A stretch of 64,000 nt of DNA. It comes from the human T2T-CHM13v2.0 reference genome, Homo sapiens. Of this stretch, positions 28,653-41,064 are shown piece after piece; the first letter of the stretch is position 1, and every line of letters starts with the position of its first letter. The position numbers and the translations under genes are program-made. The notes below the pieces were generated by a model that worked only from the letters and a program-made list of their open reading frames with translations, made no database searches and was not told the origin of the DNA. Location of the stretch: assembly GCF_009914755.1 (NCBI RefSeq), contig NC_060928.1; one strand, given 5' to 3'.

Positions 28653-29704
28653 TGTAATAATTTTTAAATGTAAAATTTATCCTATTGCTGTGTACATATT
28701 TTCTTGTATCCCTCCTCAACATTCCAGGGGTTTAAGGTTTATACATAATTTTGTGGGTTTCTTGCACTGTGATTAGTTGTGATGAGATTTTTTTTACCTC
28801 TATCACAACCATTTGTGGTCTATGAGGAAACTTCTGGTTCTTGCTTTTTATGAAAGAAAATGCAAAGAGAACAGGGGTAGAATATCATCTTTAAAATTCT
28901 GTCTTGGAATTTAGCTTTAGGTTTCTCTGCTTAGGCAGACTGATATAGATCATAACCCCCACATGCCAGCAACTAATAAAGCTTTTTGAAAGCAGAATAA
29001 ATAGCCTATATTTAAATTTCTGTACCAGTAGGAAGATGCATAGAGTATTAGGATAACGATGCTGGAGGTGTTCTGCCGTAACGGAAACACAGAAAGGCAG
29101 CCGCTGAAAGGGCATGTGTGGGTAATTAGTTCTCACTATGGTTAGACTCCTGAAGTGAGTGGTCCAAGTTGTTAGCGTGCTTCTGCTCTGTGAGGCCAGG
29201 CCAGTATCCTGTCTGCATGGCTGAAGACGAATCACTGGTATGTACATGTTCTAGCTTGGGGGAAGAGGAGAGAAAAACCAGGAAGTCTAGGCAAGCAATT
29301 TCCCTTTATTTAAGCAAGGAAGCTGCAGCTGAACATTGTGCTAATGTTCTGTTGGTAAGAATTGGGTTACCTGTGGACATCTAGCTATGAGAGAGCCTGA
29401 GAAACAGTCTCTAGCAGGGCGCTCATGTGTGCAGAAAAAAAAAAAACAGATTTGGGGACTACAACAAGCAGTCTTCCATATCTCAGAGGGTCGTGTCAAT
29501 TTGTCTACCAAAAGAAGTGCAGAGTGTACTAAGAATTTATCTTGAATAGAATGATTTTAAGTAAAATGGGTTTTCTTACTGTGTTTTGCTTACTTTGAAA
29601 GTTACTTTTAAAAACTATGAAATAAAAAGGAAACATCTGCATTTAGAGAAAATATGTAACATTCTGAGCACTTACACTTCCTTTTACTCTAAATTTCTCT
29701 CCAG

Positions 29705-29783
29705 ATATACACTCAATAACAGAAACCTTGGCCGAATTGTCACAATAGCAGAGCCATTCAACACTGAACTGCAACTGTGGCAG
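29705..29783 (+). CDS. ENPEP: ENPEP exon 19 (79 nt)
   Basis: ctccag|ATATACA...TGGCAG|gtatga; encodes YTLNNRNLGRIVTIAEPFNTELQLWQ. Confidence 0.97.
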
Positions 29784-29834
29784 GTATGAAGATAAATTCC
29801 TCTGCATTTGTCCAAGAAGGAGCAGAATGAAACT

Positions 29835-30376
29835 TTTTTAAAAAAAATTTTACTTTAAGTTCTGGAATACATGTGCAGAATGTGCAGGTTTGTTACGTAG
29901 GTATACACGTGCCATGGTGGTTTGCTGCACCTATCAACCCGCCATCTAGGTTTTAAGCCCCGCATGTGTTAGGTATTTGTCCTAATGCTCTCCCTCCCCT
30001 TTCTCCCCACCCCCTGACAGGCCCTGGTGTGTGATGTTCCCCTCCCTGTGTCCATGTGTTCTCATTGTTCAGCTCCCACTTATGAGAGAGAACATGCGGT
30101 GTTTGGTTTTCTGTTCCTGTATTAGTTTGCTGAGAATGATGGTTTCCAGCTTCATCCATGTCCCTGCAAAGGACATGAACTTATTCTTTTTATGGCTGCC
30201 TAGTATTCCATGGTGTATATGTGCCACATTTTCTTTATCCAGTCCATCATTGATGGGCATTTAGGTTGGTTCCAAGTCTTTGATATTGTAAACAGTGCTG
30301 CAATAAACCTACATGTGCATGTGTCTTTATAGTAGAATGATTTATAATCCTTTGGGTATATACCCAGTAACGGGAT
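29835..30376 (-). mobile_element. 5'-truncated L1PA (L1PA7/8-like) 3' end
   Basis: Antisense L1 3' UTR and ORF2 C-terminus (FMSFAGTWMKLETIILSKL); TSD AGAATGAAACT at 29824-29834 and 30377-30387. Confidence 0.95.
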
Positions 30377-31463
30377 AGAATGAAACTATTTTTTCAAATA
30401 GAAATGATATTTTCTCAATTCAAATCACAGAAGACAATGAGAAAGAAAATTCTTTTTGGTTTTGTATTTTTAAATTGTATATATTTAAGGTGTAAAACAT
30501 GTCTTTATTTATCTTGATAAGTATACACAGTGAATTGAGAAATAATTCTTGTATCTAATAAAATGTACACCTATTTTTTTTCTAAACATAAAACAATTCA
30601 AAGAGCCTCTAAGAAAGTTTAAAAGCTGCAAAAGTTGAGGTGGCGGGGGGCTGAGAAGGCCACACCAGACAGTTCAGCTCATGAAATCATGGGCAGAAAG
30701 TCTCGCCTCTCCTGTAAATGTAACTCTGGAACAAGTTGGTCAAGATTTGATTCCATTCAGAATTCATAGTTTTGCAATTTCAAAACTAATCTCAAATCTT
30801 TCCGGTTTCAAATATCTCAAGTCCAAAGGAGGAGAAATGTCTATTAATGTTGAACAGGTAGAGATTGTATGAAGTTTCAATATCTGTGTGTTAGATATTG
30901 AATGCTAAGAGTTTTCTGTATGTTAAAAAGCCAAATTATTCTTATTTTTATAGCAAATAATCCTAGTATGGTTGAGTTTGGGGTAGGGCTTTGGAGGTCA
31001 GAGGGAGTACAGCACTAATTTTAAGAAAGATTTGTTTTATGAGTCCTTAATAAGTGAACTGAAAGTACATTAAAATACTCCAGACTCCTGGAGTGAAAGG
31101 CTAAGGAAAACCATCACTCCATAGGTGAGATTTTCCAGGGAACACCTTGGGGAATTCAGAGAAAATAGAGAAAGCAGCAGAAACAGAAATGGGCATGCTA
31201 GCGACTGACATGCTGCCATCCTTCTCCAAAATGTCAGAGCCTATTTTGGCTTGACATGCTGTGGGGATCCAAAAGCCATGGGTAACTATTGCTAATCTGA
31301 GAGATGGGTTCAGTCTGAATGATGCGCCAGAGGTGTAGCTCAACGTTGTGCAGTGATACTGAATTTCTAGGTAAGAAGAAAGCAAATCCAGTTTGTGAAT
31401 GAAATTCTTGAAGACTAATTTGGCTATAAATGACAATCCTAATTACTCCCCTCTCTTTTCTAG

Positions 31464-31616
31464 ATGGAGAGCTTTTTTGCAAAATATCCACAAGCTGGAG
31501 CAGGAGAAAAACCTAGGGAACAAGTGCTGGAAACAGTGAAAAACAATATAGAGTGGCTAAAACAACATAGAAACACCATCAGAGAATGGTTTTTTAATTT
31601 ACTTGAGAGTGGTTAA
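31464..31616 (+). CDS. ENPEP: ENPEP exon 20, coding part (153 nt including stop)
   Basis: ttctag|ATGGAG...; encodes MESFFAKYPQAGAGEKPREQVLETVKNNIEWLKQHRNTIREWFFNLLESG, stop TAA at 31614-31616. Confidence 0.97.
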   Translation: MESFFAKYPQAGAGEKPREQVLETVKNNIEWLKQHRNTIREWFFNLLESG

Positions 31617-33395
31617 TGTATTCAAATGTTAGAGTTTAATTTTGTGAATCTATTGTTTCTCCTCTGAAGCATTTGGTGGCCTAATTTACAAGCACGATGG
31701 AGAGAGCCTTATAAACAGATAATGCTTTTACTAAGCACTGTGTTTATATGTCTTGCAAAGCCTTTAAATTGTTCCTCTTTGTTTATGAAGAAAGATACTA
31801 ATAGAGTACTTAATATACTCAGGGATTCCTTCTAAGTGTACTTCATAAGATATTCTTTACAAACTGAAGATAATGAAATAGTTATTTTAATACCTTTAAA
31901 TATCATTCTTTGTATCTTAAATCTGTGAAGTAGAACAATTTGGTCTTAGCTTTACATTTTCAGTACCAAAGAAACACCACTTAATCTTCTCTCTTGATTG
32001 ATTTTTAAAGTTTAAATACCAGTACTTGAGGGACCAATATTACCATCTTAATCTTTATTTTATTATTCAGAATTATACAGACCTAATATCATTTTATTCA
32101 CATATGTCTTACTACTTTAAATCCTACCAAAGTAACCTGGGCTTAAGTTTTACTTGAGGATCATATGAATTAGCCAAAAGAATGGCTGACTGTTGCCTTT
32201 GCTCTTATAAAATCAATAAGAGAACTCTCCTCTTTTTTTAAAAATAAATCTAAATGATTATCTTGAAAAAGTATTGTTTTCCAGTGTCACTTGACTCTTG
32301 AATAAAAATAACTGCAGTGTTCCCCAAATAATTTAACACATTGCAAATATGATTCAAGAATCTGGCCTTTTTCATGCTTGGTACTCTCTTCTCTTGCTCC
32401 ATTCCTTACAAAGCTCCTTCAAATATGCTATGAAATTAGAGGGAACATAGTGCTTAACTCTGCTCCATGGATTTTAGAGGAAAAAAGCTAAATAATTGGA
32501 AACTGTTCAGGAAAGAGAGAAGGCAGATTATTTCTTAAAACTAAATGGAATTAGAATTTAGCTTTGACCTCACCTAGCAATCTAAGTGTGAAAATGGGGA
32601 GACCTGTGGGCATCCCCAGCATGACTCTGCATATCTGAGCATATATCTCCTTATAGATCAATTTTATGTATAAACCCTTAGATCCTAATCCATACAGAAT
32701 AGCACTGATCAAATTTAAATGCATGACTTGATTAAAGACATCAATTTCATAGAAGCTGGTGGCAAGAATATGTTTAATATGGCACTTGATACCTCCTAGA
32801 TCCATAATGTAAGTCCAATAGGCAGAAAAGATGGTAAGTTACTATGTTTCAATCTGCTATATCTAGAAAATCTAAATTTATTTGGAACTTTCAAAAATGT
32901 AAGGTAATTTAGAATCGGCTTGATGAGAATTGAAGCATATGGAAACAAAACCTTAGCTTTAACTTTATTTATACAATAATGTGCCCTAATCATGTACTCT
33001 GAAACTTTATAAACTTTCCTGTTGCTGTTTCTTAATTATCACTTCTCAATCCGTACAGCCAAACTAGTAAATTCAAATGTAGACTGGGTTGTGGGTGGCA
33101 GATATAGAAGAAGAAATTTCCAGACCAAAAAATATTAAATATTATTTTAAATTATTTCAGAAGCAAAAACATATTAACATCATAACTTACCAGAAAAACC
33201 CCACTATCCTCATAAGATTAACTTAAAATTCTGACCACAATCAGAACCAGCACTTGAAGTCTATGTATTGTTTCAAGTAGGACATATTATGAGGTGAGAT
33301 GGTTTATCCTTCTGTTTTATGAAATTAATACATTTTAAAAGAAAAATGTTAGTTTAAGGGGGTGGTAAATAAAACAGATTTCAACTTGCCTACAA
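31617..33395 (+). other. ENPEP: ENPEP 3' UTR (proximal form; may extend to about 35345)
   Basis: AT-rich sequence after the stop; AATAAA at 32243, 32301 and 33368, the last followed by a U/GU-rich tract. Confidence 0.7.
33368..33373 (+). terminator. Polyadenylation signal AATAAA (proximal ENPEP site)
   Basis: AATAAA, CA dinucleotides about 15-25 nt downstream, then the U/GU-rich tract ttttcctttttgttgttc. Confidence 0.65.
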
Positions 33396-34169
33396 GACAT
33401 TCTATTTCATGCCTTTTCCTTTTGTTGTTCTATTTCATTCTATTTTAAGCATTAAAACTGAGAACAAATTGTTTACTTCTTTTCACTCCACACGCGAAAG
33501 AGTTGTATGTACTTTGTCAGAATAAGTCTTCTAGACCATCAGGTCCTTCTCAAACAACACCTGTTTTTTAAAAGGCTGATGCCTAATAGATAGATCTATG
33601 CCAAGCACAGTTTATTACTTTGCTTGCTTGGTTTTGCACAGTATTCACAGGGGACAAAAAATTTAATATGATGTTTCCAAAATTAAGCCACAGTAAATTT
33701 AAATAATTAATTTTAATTGAAAAAAAGTAACCATTTAATTTCAAGAATTAACTGGAAAATATGGGAAGCAAGGTCATGTAGCAAAAAGCAAGGCCAGTAT
33801 TACTGCCTCCCCTCTAGGCAGCCCACTCCTGTATTCCAGATCATTGCTATGTACCCACATAATTATAAATTAGGAGTTTAAATAATAAAACATAGACGTA
33901 AAACTGACAGGCAAGGGAGGTTTGGGAAACAGGGGTGAGATGTATACCTGGGTTGAAGGTAATGATACTCCTACAGCTTACCCTCCAAGTTGGTGAAGTG
34001 TTAGTCCAAAAGTAGAAACAACAGAGTAGGGGCAAAAATCTAGAACAATAATTCTCAAAGGGAATTGGGGGATGAGAAGGAAGTAGAAAAGAGGGGATTC
34101 AAATTACCAGTGGTGCTTTCTAAAACACGGTTAGGTAATCATCATCATCAGACTTTCCTTTTTTTTTCA

Positions 34170-34372
34170 AGCATTTTTATAAACACTAGCACTCCACATA
34201 ACATTAATTTTTACAAAACCCCCTTAAAGTAGATACTGTTATTGTTCTTATTTTAGAGTGGATAAATTGAGATGGAGAAGTTATAGAACTTGCACAAGGC
34301 TACAAAAGTTGTATTTGGCACCAGCCAGTATTTGAACCCAGGCAGTTTATCACTCTAATCTACATTTTAATC
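34170..34372 (-). mobile_element. MIR
   Basis: cttattttagagtggataaattgagatggagaagtt...tttgaacccaggcagt. Confidence 0.7.
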
Positions 34373-34610
34373 TGTATTAGAGTAAAAATATGCTTTTGAA
34401 ATCAGAGTGACCTGGGTTGGAATATCAACTACTTGGTAGTTGAGTGCTTTTAACCTCTCCATTGTTGTTTCATCTATAAAGTAAGGATCAAAATAGTAGC
34501 TACCTCAATGGTAGTTGTGAGGATTAAATACAAAAATGCATGTAAAGGACATACGTATAGGAAATAACAATCACTCAATAAGTGTTAGCTCTTATTATTG
34601 TTACTATTAT
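34373..34610 (+). mobile_element. MIR
   Basis: gacctgggttggaat...ttttcatctataaagtaagg...gttgtgaggattaaat...cactcaataagtgttagct. Confidence 0.75.
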
Positions 34611-34711
34611 ATCTCCCCATCCCTACTTAAGACACTAGTTTGAAGAATAAAATAAACTTTGGTTCAGGAATAACCAAACCTAAGCAACTGAAGGCACTAA
34701 GGGTAGGCTAT

Positions 34712-35116
34712 GTGTTAGCCTGTGTTATTGTTCATAAATAGTAATTGCCCTGGTCTGGAAGAGGATTCTATATCCTACCCCATTGTAGTCTAGCATGGTA
34801 TGTGACTTGCTTTGGCCAGTGAAACAGAGTGAAAATGATGTATGTCAATTTTAGGCAGAAACGTCCAGAGCCAGCACTTGGTTTGCCATGTTCTCCGTGT
34901 TTCTTCTGCTCCTAGATGCAGCAGTATTCCAGATAGAGGCCGCACTATGAGCCTGAATTCCAGGATAAAAACAACATGGAATAGAACTTAGCCAGCACAG
35001 AGTACACATGTGCTGTAAATGAGAAATACCCCTTTGTTATTGTAAATCACTGAGATTTTGAGGTTGTCTGTTACTGCAGCATAATCTAGCCTAATATAAA
35101 CACCAAACTAATATAC
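34712..35116 (+). mobile_element. MLT1 (MLT1I/J-like) LTR
   Basis: atgtgacttgctttggccagtgaaa...cactgagattttgaggttgtctgttactgcagcataatctagccta. Confidence 0.8.
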
Positions 35117-35170
35117 TCCTCTACCATAGTAATTTATTTCTTGTTCTTTCTCCTCCTCCTTCCTCTACTT

Positions 35171-35484
35171 CAGGGTTTAGCGACCTTTTGCCTGCCTGTT
35201 TTTGTAAGGCCTGAAAGCTAAACATAGTTTTACATTTTTAGATGGTTGAAAAAATCAAAAGGAGAATAATAGTTCATGATGTAAAAATTATATAAAATTT
35301 AAATAAATGTCGGCATCCTTAAATAAAGTTTTATTGGAACACAGCACATACATTCATTTATGTATGGATTATGGCTGCTTTTCCTGCTACAACAGCAGTG
35401 CTGAGTAATTGCAATAGATTTTATGGCCCACAAAGACTAAAATATTCACCATCTGGCCCATTACAGAAAGTTTGGTGACCCCTG
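35171..35484 (+). mobile_element. MER58B-like hAT-Charlie DNA transposon
   Basis: Ends CAGGG...CCCCTG; cctgtttttgta, aaataaagttttattggaacacagc, aaaatattcaccatctggccc. Confidence 0.85.
35322..35327 (+). terminator. Candidate distal polyadenylation signal inside MER58B
   Basis: AATAAA (a second one at 35302-35307) within the MER58 sequence aaataaagttttattggaacacagc. Confidence 0.45.
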
Positions 35485-35526
35485 CTAGATATCATCTTTA
35501 CTCCTTCCCTCCTTTTGCATTCAATT

Positions 35527-35773
35527 CTTTTTTTTTTTTTGATAGAATCTTGCTCTGTCGCCCAGGCTGGAGTGCAGTGGAAAGATCATGGCTCACCACA
35601 GTCTTGATCTCCTGGGCCTAAGTGACCCTCCTGCCTCAACCTCCCAAGTAGCTGAGACCACAGGCATGTGCCACCACCCCAGGCTAATTTTTTGTAGAGA
35701 CAGCATCTCACTATGTTGCCCACGCTGGTTTCAAACTCCTGACCTCAAGCAGTCCTCCTGCTTCAGCCTCCTA
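35527..35773 (-). mobile_element. AluJ, 5'-truncated
   Basis: gatcatggctcaccacagtcttgatctcctgggcc...ctcctaaagt. Confidence 0.9.
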
Positions 35774-35807
35774 AAGTTCTTTTTTCTTCTTCTTCTGCAC
35801 TCTAACC

Positions 35808-36317
<510 letters not shown>

Positions 36318-36473
36318 CTGACCCTAAACTTGTGAATAGAAGCTGCAGGCATTATTTAAGCACCCAAAATGGTAAGAGAATGCTGCTGACTTAACGTAGT
36401 CCTACCTAAGGTTACAGAAATCAAGAGACCAAAAATGCCTGGGGAAAGGAGCAATACTAGAGAGAATGCTAGC

Positions 36474-37045
36474 CTAAGTCAGGGTTTTCCAGAGAAATAG
36501 AACCAATAGGAGCTATATCTATATATAATTTATATGTGTAAATGGAAATTTATTTTATTTACATATGAAAGAAGATATATAAGACTTAAAAAAGAATTTT
36601 ATTACGAGGAATTGGTTCATGTGATCATGGAGACTGAGAAGTCCCACAGTCTGCCATCTGCAAGCTGGAGATCCCAGAAAGCCAGTGGTGAAATTCAGCC
36701 TAAGTCTGAAGGCCTCAGAACCAGAGAAGCCGATGGTGTAAATCCCATTTACAAAGGCAGGAAAAGATGAGATGAGCTCTCCGAAGTCAAGCAGTTAGAC
36801 AGAAAAAAAGAGGGGCAGGGATGGGCAAATTCCTCCTTCCTCCATCTTCTGTTCTATTTTGGCCCCCAAAAGATTGGATGTTGGATGGTGCCCACCTATA
36901 TTGGTGAGTACAATCTACTTTCATGAGTCCCCTGACTCAAATGCTGATCTCATCGGGAAACTTCCTTACAGATACACCCAGATATAATGTTTAATATGGG
37001 CACTCTGTGGCCCAGTCAAGTTGACATATGAAACTAGTCATTACA
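36474..37045 (-). mobile_element. MLT2B-like ERVL solo LTR
   Basis: agtcagggttttccagagaaatagaaccaatagga...ggagactgagaagtcccacagtctgccatctgcaagctggaga...cagtcaagttgacat. Confidence 0.9.
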
Positions 37046-37369
37046 ACTGAATAAAGTACTCATTCATTCAAATAACTAATATTTATAAATTTTCTGTTAT
37101 ATAATAAACCCTATTTTAGGTACTGGTTGTCCTACATTAGTGAGTGGATTTAGAAAACAATTGGAAAGAGAAACTAAGTTAAGAGAGTAATGGGATAGGA
37201 TGAGACAAATGGAGAAAGAAGAATGACTAACTTCAGCAGTTGACAATATGTTGGCCTGATATTCCACTAGAGAGCCCTTAAATATTAACCTTTGCCATGT
37301 ACATAAATAAAATGTCGATGACTTGTTAATGGCAATTTAGATTGTAAATGGCAATTTAGATGTAAAGAT

Positions 37370-37885
37370 CTGCTAGATATTGTCTGCTGGCACTGGGCCA
37401 CCAATTCTCCCACCTTCTATATCCTGTCTTCCTTAACTGCAGGGCTGGGATGCTAAAGACTGCACTCCCCAGGCTTCCACATGATTTCAGTTCCGCTGAT
37501 GATGCGCAGTCGTATGAGATTCGGAAGGAAATGAGAGAAGAGGCTATTCTTCTTCCCATGACAGTGCAGGGGGAAACAATGTTGAGGGTAGACATGAATT
37601 GGCAGCCTCTGAACTCTATGTCCCTGTCTATTTACTAAAACTCTGCGGTGCAGGGAGGCTCAGATATATTCTCATAATGTCCTCATTTCTGGGTGATCTT
37701 AGCAGTTTTTAACGTCTGGATCAGAAAGGTGGAGATATGCCACCTTTAAACCAAAAGGCTGGCATGTACCCTCTAATTTCTATCCCTCAAGGCCTTTTAA
37801 TGGCATGAAATTGCCTAATCTCCCGAAATAATCCATTTCTGCTTGGAATACCTTGAGAAGTTCCTGAACTGGCACCTGAATTATA
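37370..37885 (+). mobile_element. Ancient ERVL LTR (LTR33-like), degraded
   Basis: gcagggctgggatgctaaagactgcactccccaggcttcc and 3' aataatccatttctgctt; weak resemblance only. Confidence 0.4.
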
Positions 37886-38204
37886 AAAAATGGAACTGCA
37901 GATTTTATTTTGGTTTATATTTTCATTTAACTCTGTGTTTCTTTCCTGCCCATTGTCTTTAGCATATAAAAAACTGCAAGCAGGGTCTTTTGCTTGGCAC
38001 AGACTGATGGAATGGACTGACTCTCAGAGAGTCTACTTCAGCCTTGATAATTTTGGGAGTATTAGATAAATGATTACATGTAGCATTTGGAACAGATTAT
38101 TTCCTGTGGTAAAGGGAAAAGAGCTGGAGCAATGTGTTTTTCTTTTCTGTTAGGACACACAGACCTATTCGAATGCACCATTGATAAAACCATCAAGACT
38201 GATT

Positions 38205-38790
38205 TCCCTAGTTCCTCAAATGTTAAATGTAGAGTTACCAAATGATATAGCAATTCCACTCCTCAGAATGTATCCAGGAAAAGCAAAGCCTATGTCCACA
38301 CAAAAACAAATACATAAATGTTTACAAAAGGATTATTCAAATAACCAAAAAGCAGAAATGAAAATAATTGAAATGTCCATCAATGGGTGAATGGATAAAC
38401 CAAAGAGGGTACAGCCACAAAATGGAATATTATTCAGCCATAAAGAAGAACATAGTGACACATACTTTAACAGGGGTGAACCTTGAAAATATGCTAAATG
38501 AAAGAAGCTATTCACAAAAGGCCACATATTATATGATTCTATTCATATGAAATGTCCTGAATAGCCAAATCTATAGTGACAGAAAGTAGACTGGTGGGTG
38601 TCAGGGGTTTGGAATATGGGGAGAGACTGCTAAAGCTTTTTTTTGAGGTGATAAAAATGTTCTAAAATTAGATAATGGCGATGGTTGCACAATTCTGTAA
38701 ATATACCAAAACCCACTGAACTGTATACTTAAACAGGGTAAATTTTACAGTATATGAATATACTATATTTATCTCTCAATAAAACTACTG
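38205..38790 (+). mobile_element. L1MB-like 3' end
   Basis: tagagttaccaaatgatatagcaattccactcct...gtgaaccttgaaaatatgctaaatgaaagaagc...tctcaataaaact. Confidence 0.85.
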
Positions 38791-39813
38791 CTTAAAGACT
38801 TATTTTTCCTCCTGAGCACTTCACTAAAATAAATCACAGAGTGGCACTGGCTGAGGAAGAAGTCTTATAGTCCCTGCAACAGATAGTGATAATTTTCCTT
38901 TTGTCAAGGTGCTAATGAAGTTTGTCTCCTTCAAATTACTTCTTTCAGATTTAAGAATTTGCATCATTAATTCTGAAAAATCTTTATATTTTTATTCAAA
39001 GATAAAACCCATTCTTATATTGGATTCTTCATCATCAGGACTCCATGTGATCTTGGTAGAACTGAAAATCACAGAGCTTCATTTTCCCCTACCTCTCACC
39101 ATAATATCCCATCCTCCAATTGCAGTAGTAAATTCAGGAGTATTCACTTGATCTGAGCAGAGTAAATTAATGTATTTATTCAGGGTTATGGTACATAACT
39201 ATTAGGGCAGCAAAGTTTCTCTTTCTGCTTGGATTACTAATCTAGGAGATTCCTGGAGCTGTTGCTGGTCATTTTACTGCTACATGGAGAGAAACTAAGC
39301 AGAAAAAAGCTGAGTTAAGAGAGGAAGGATACAGAGAACCTGACATTATTTGGGACCCTAAATGTATTTAATAGCTACCCGTATATAGACATCCCTTAGA
39401 TCTTTGAAATAAATGAGCCTATAAATATCAATGTGTAAGCTGGTTTAAATGGAGCCTCTCAGTTTCATACAAATAAAAACTGTCCCCTTTCACCCATAAA
39501 CTGAGACTAGCACTGGGGAAAGCAGCTAAACTACATAAGGAAAAAATAAAAACAAAATGAAGCAGGATAAAACAAATGGCTTAAAAGATATTAGTTTGTT
39601 AACTTAATCATGTGTCATATTAAATTATGTATTTTTAAATGCCTAGGGAAAATTTTAATTTTTATGACGAGCACAAATTTTTAAAAAGTTTATATTGTGT
39701 TACTTTTCTACAAGAAGGAAAAAGGCTGTCAACTGCAAAGGCTTATTCTATATTCTTGAATCCTCAGCCTTTTCTGGAATGCACATACTTGTCTAATTAA
39801 AAGAACATAATCT

Positions 39814-40152
<339 letters not shown>

Positions 40153-41064
40153 CTACTCACACTTTCATCTCCACTCTTCCACTAACACTGTGCTTGCTGA
40201 AGTCACCTTTCTAAATTCAGTAGTCAGTTCTCAAGGCAATTCTACAGAAAGCCAAAATAATAATGTCTAAGTACAGACTTAACTGATAACTGGCTAAGTC
40301 TAAAGTTATATTTTAGAATATCTGACAAATTAAATGATCTGTATTCTTCAGAAAATCTCTCTAAAATACTCAGTTGAATTTTGGTAAGTTTCATGAAAAC
40401 AAGTGAGTTTGAGTATACATGTTCTCTATTGCTACTTTCACAGTCAGATGAACTGAGGAAATGTTGACATATTCTTATGAAAGTTGAGAGGTAGCTATCT
40501 CAATAAAATCCACTCCAAAAATAGAACCATTGTGCAAAGATAAGGTTTTCTTACATCAATAATTTTGCATGCATATACTCTAACACAGAGGCAAAATTAT
40601 TAAGTTCCCCAAAATTACAGGATGCAGAACATGGCTCCAGTTGTTTTAGTCTATAAAATGTTTTAAGAAAATATTGCCGAGCTTCCTCCTCAGCCATCTC
40701 CCCTTGGAGAAAAATAATAATAAAACAACTCTTGATAAAGTAACATAAAATCTATAACTTTAATCAATACATGTTTGCAATTAACACTTCAAGATAAATT
40801 GAACATGTATTATAATTGAAAATATCTATGTCAAAATTATAACAATGATTATGCCTGAGTGATAGAACTGGTTCTTATCCAAAGAGTTAAAGGCCTAAGT
40901 CTAAGGATCTATAAAAGCTCAAATGAATGTATGCTTTTAGCGAGAGATTTATGCACAACATGATTGTGAAGAGACTACATGCTCTCTAATTTTTCAGAAA
41001 AGTTCAAACTTGAAGTTTATTAGGAATAAAGTTATAAAAATTTAGACACAATGCCTGGTAAACT

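Noticed and set aside
31319-31362. Box C-like ATGATGC and box D CTGA about 100 nt upstream of the last acceptor (possible intronic C/D snoRNA)
   Set aside because: Box C is imperfect, the span is only 44 nt, and there is no independent terminal stem or recognisable guide.
37328-37365. Short tandem duplication aatggcaatttagat(t)gtaaa, two copies
   Set aside because: Only two units with no spacers; ordinary slippage, not an array or CRISPR-like structure.
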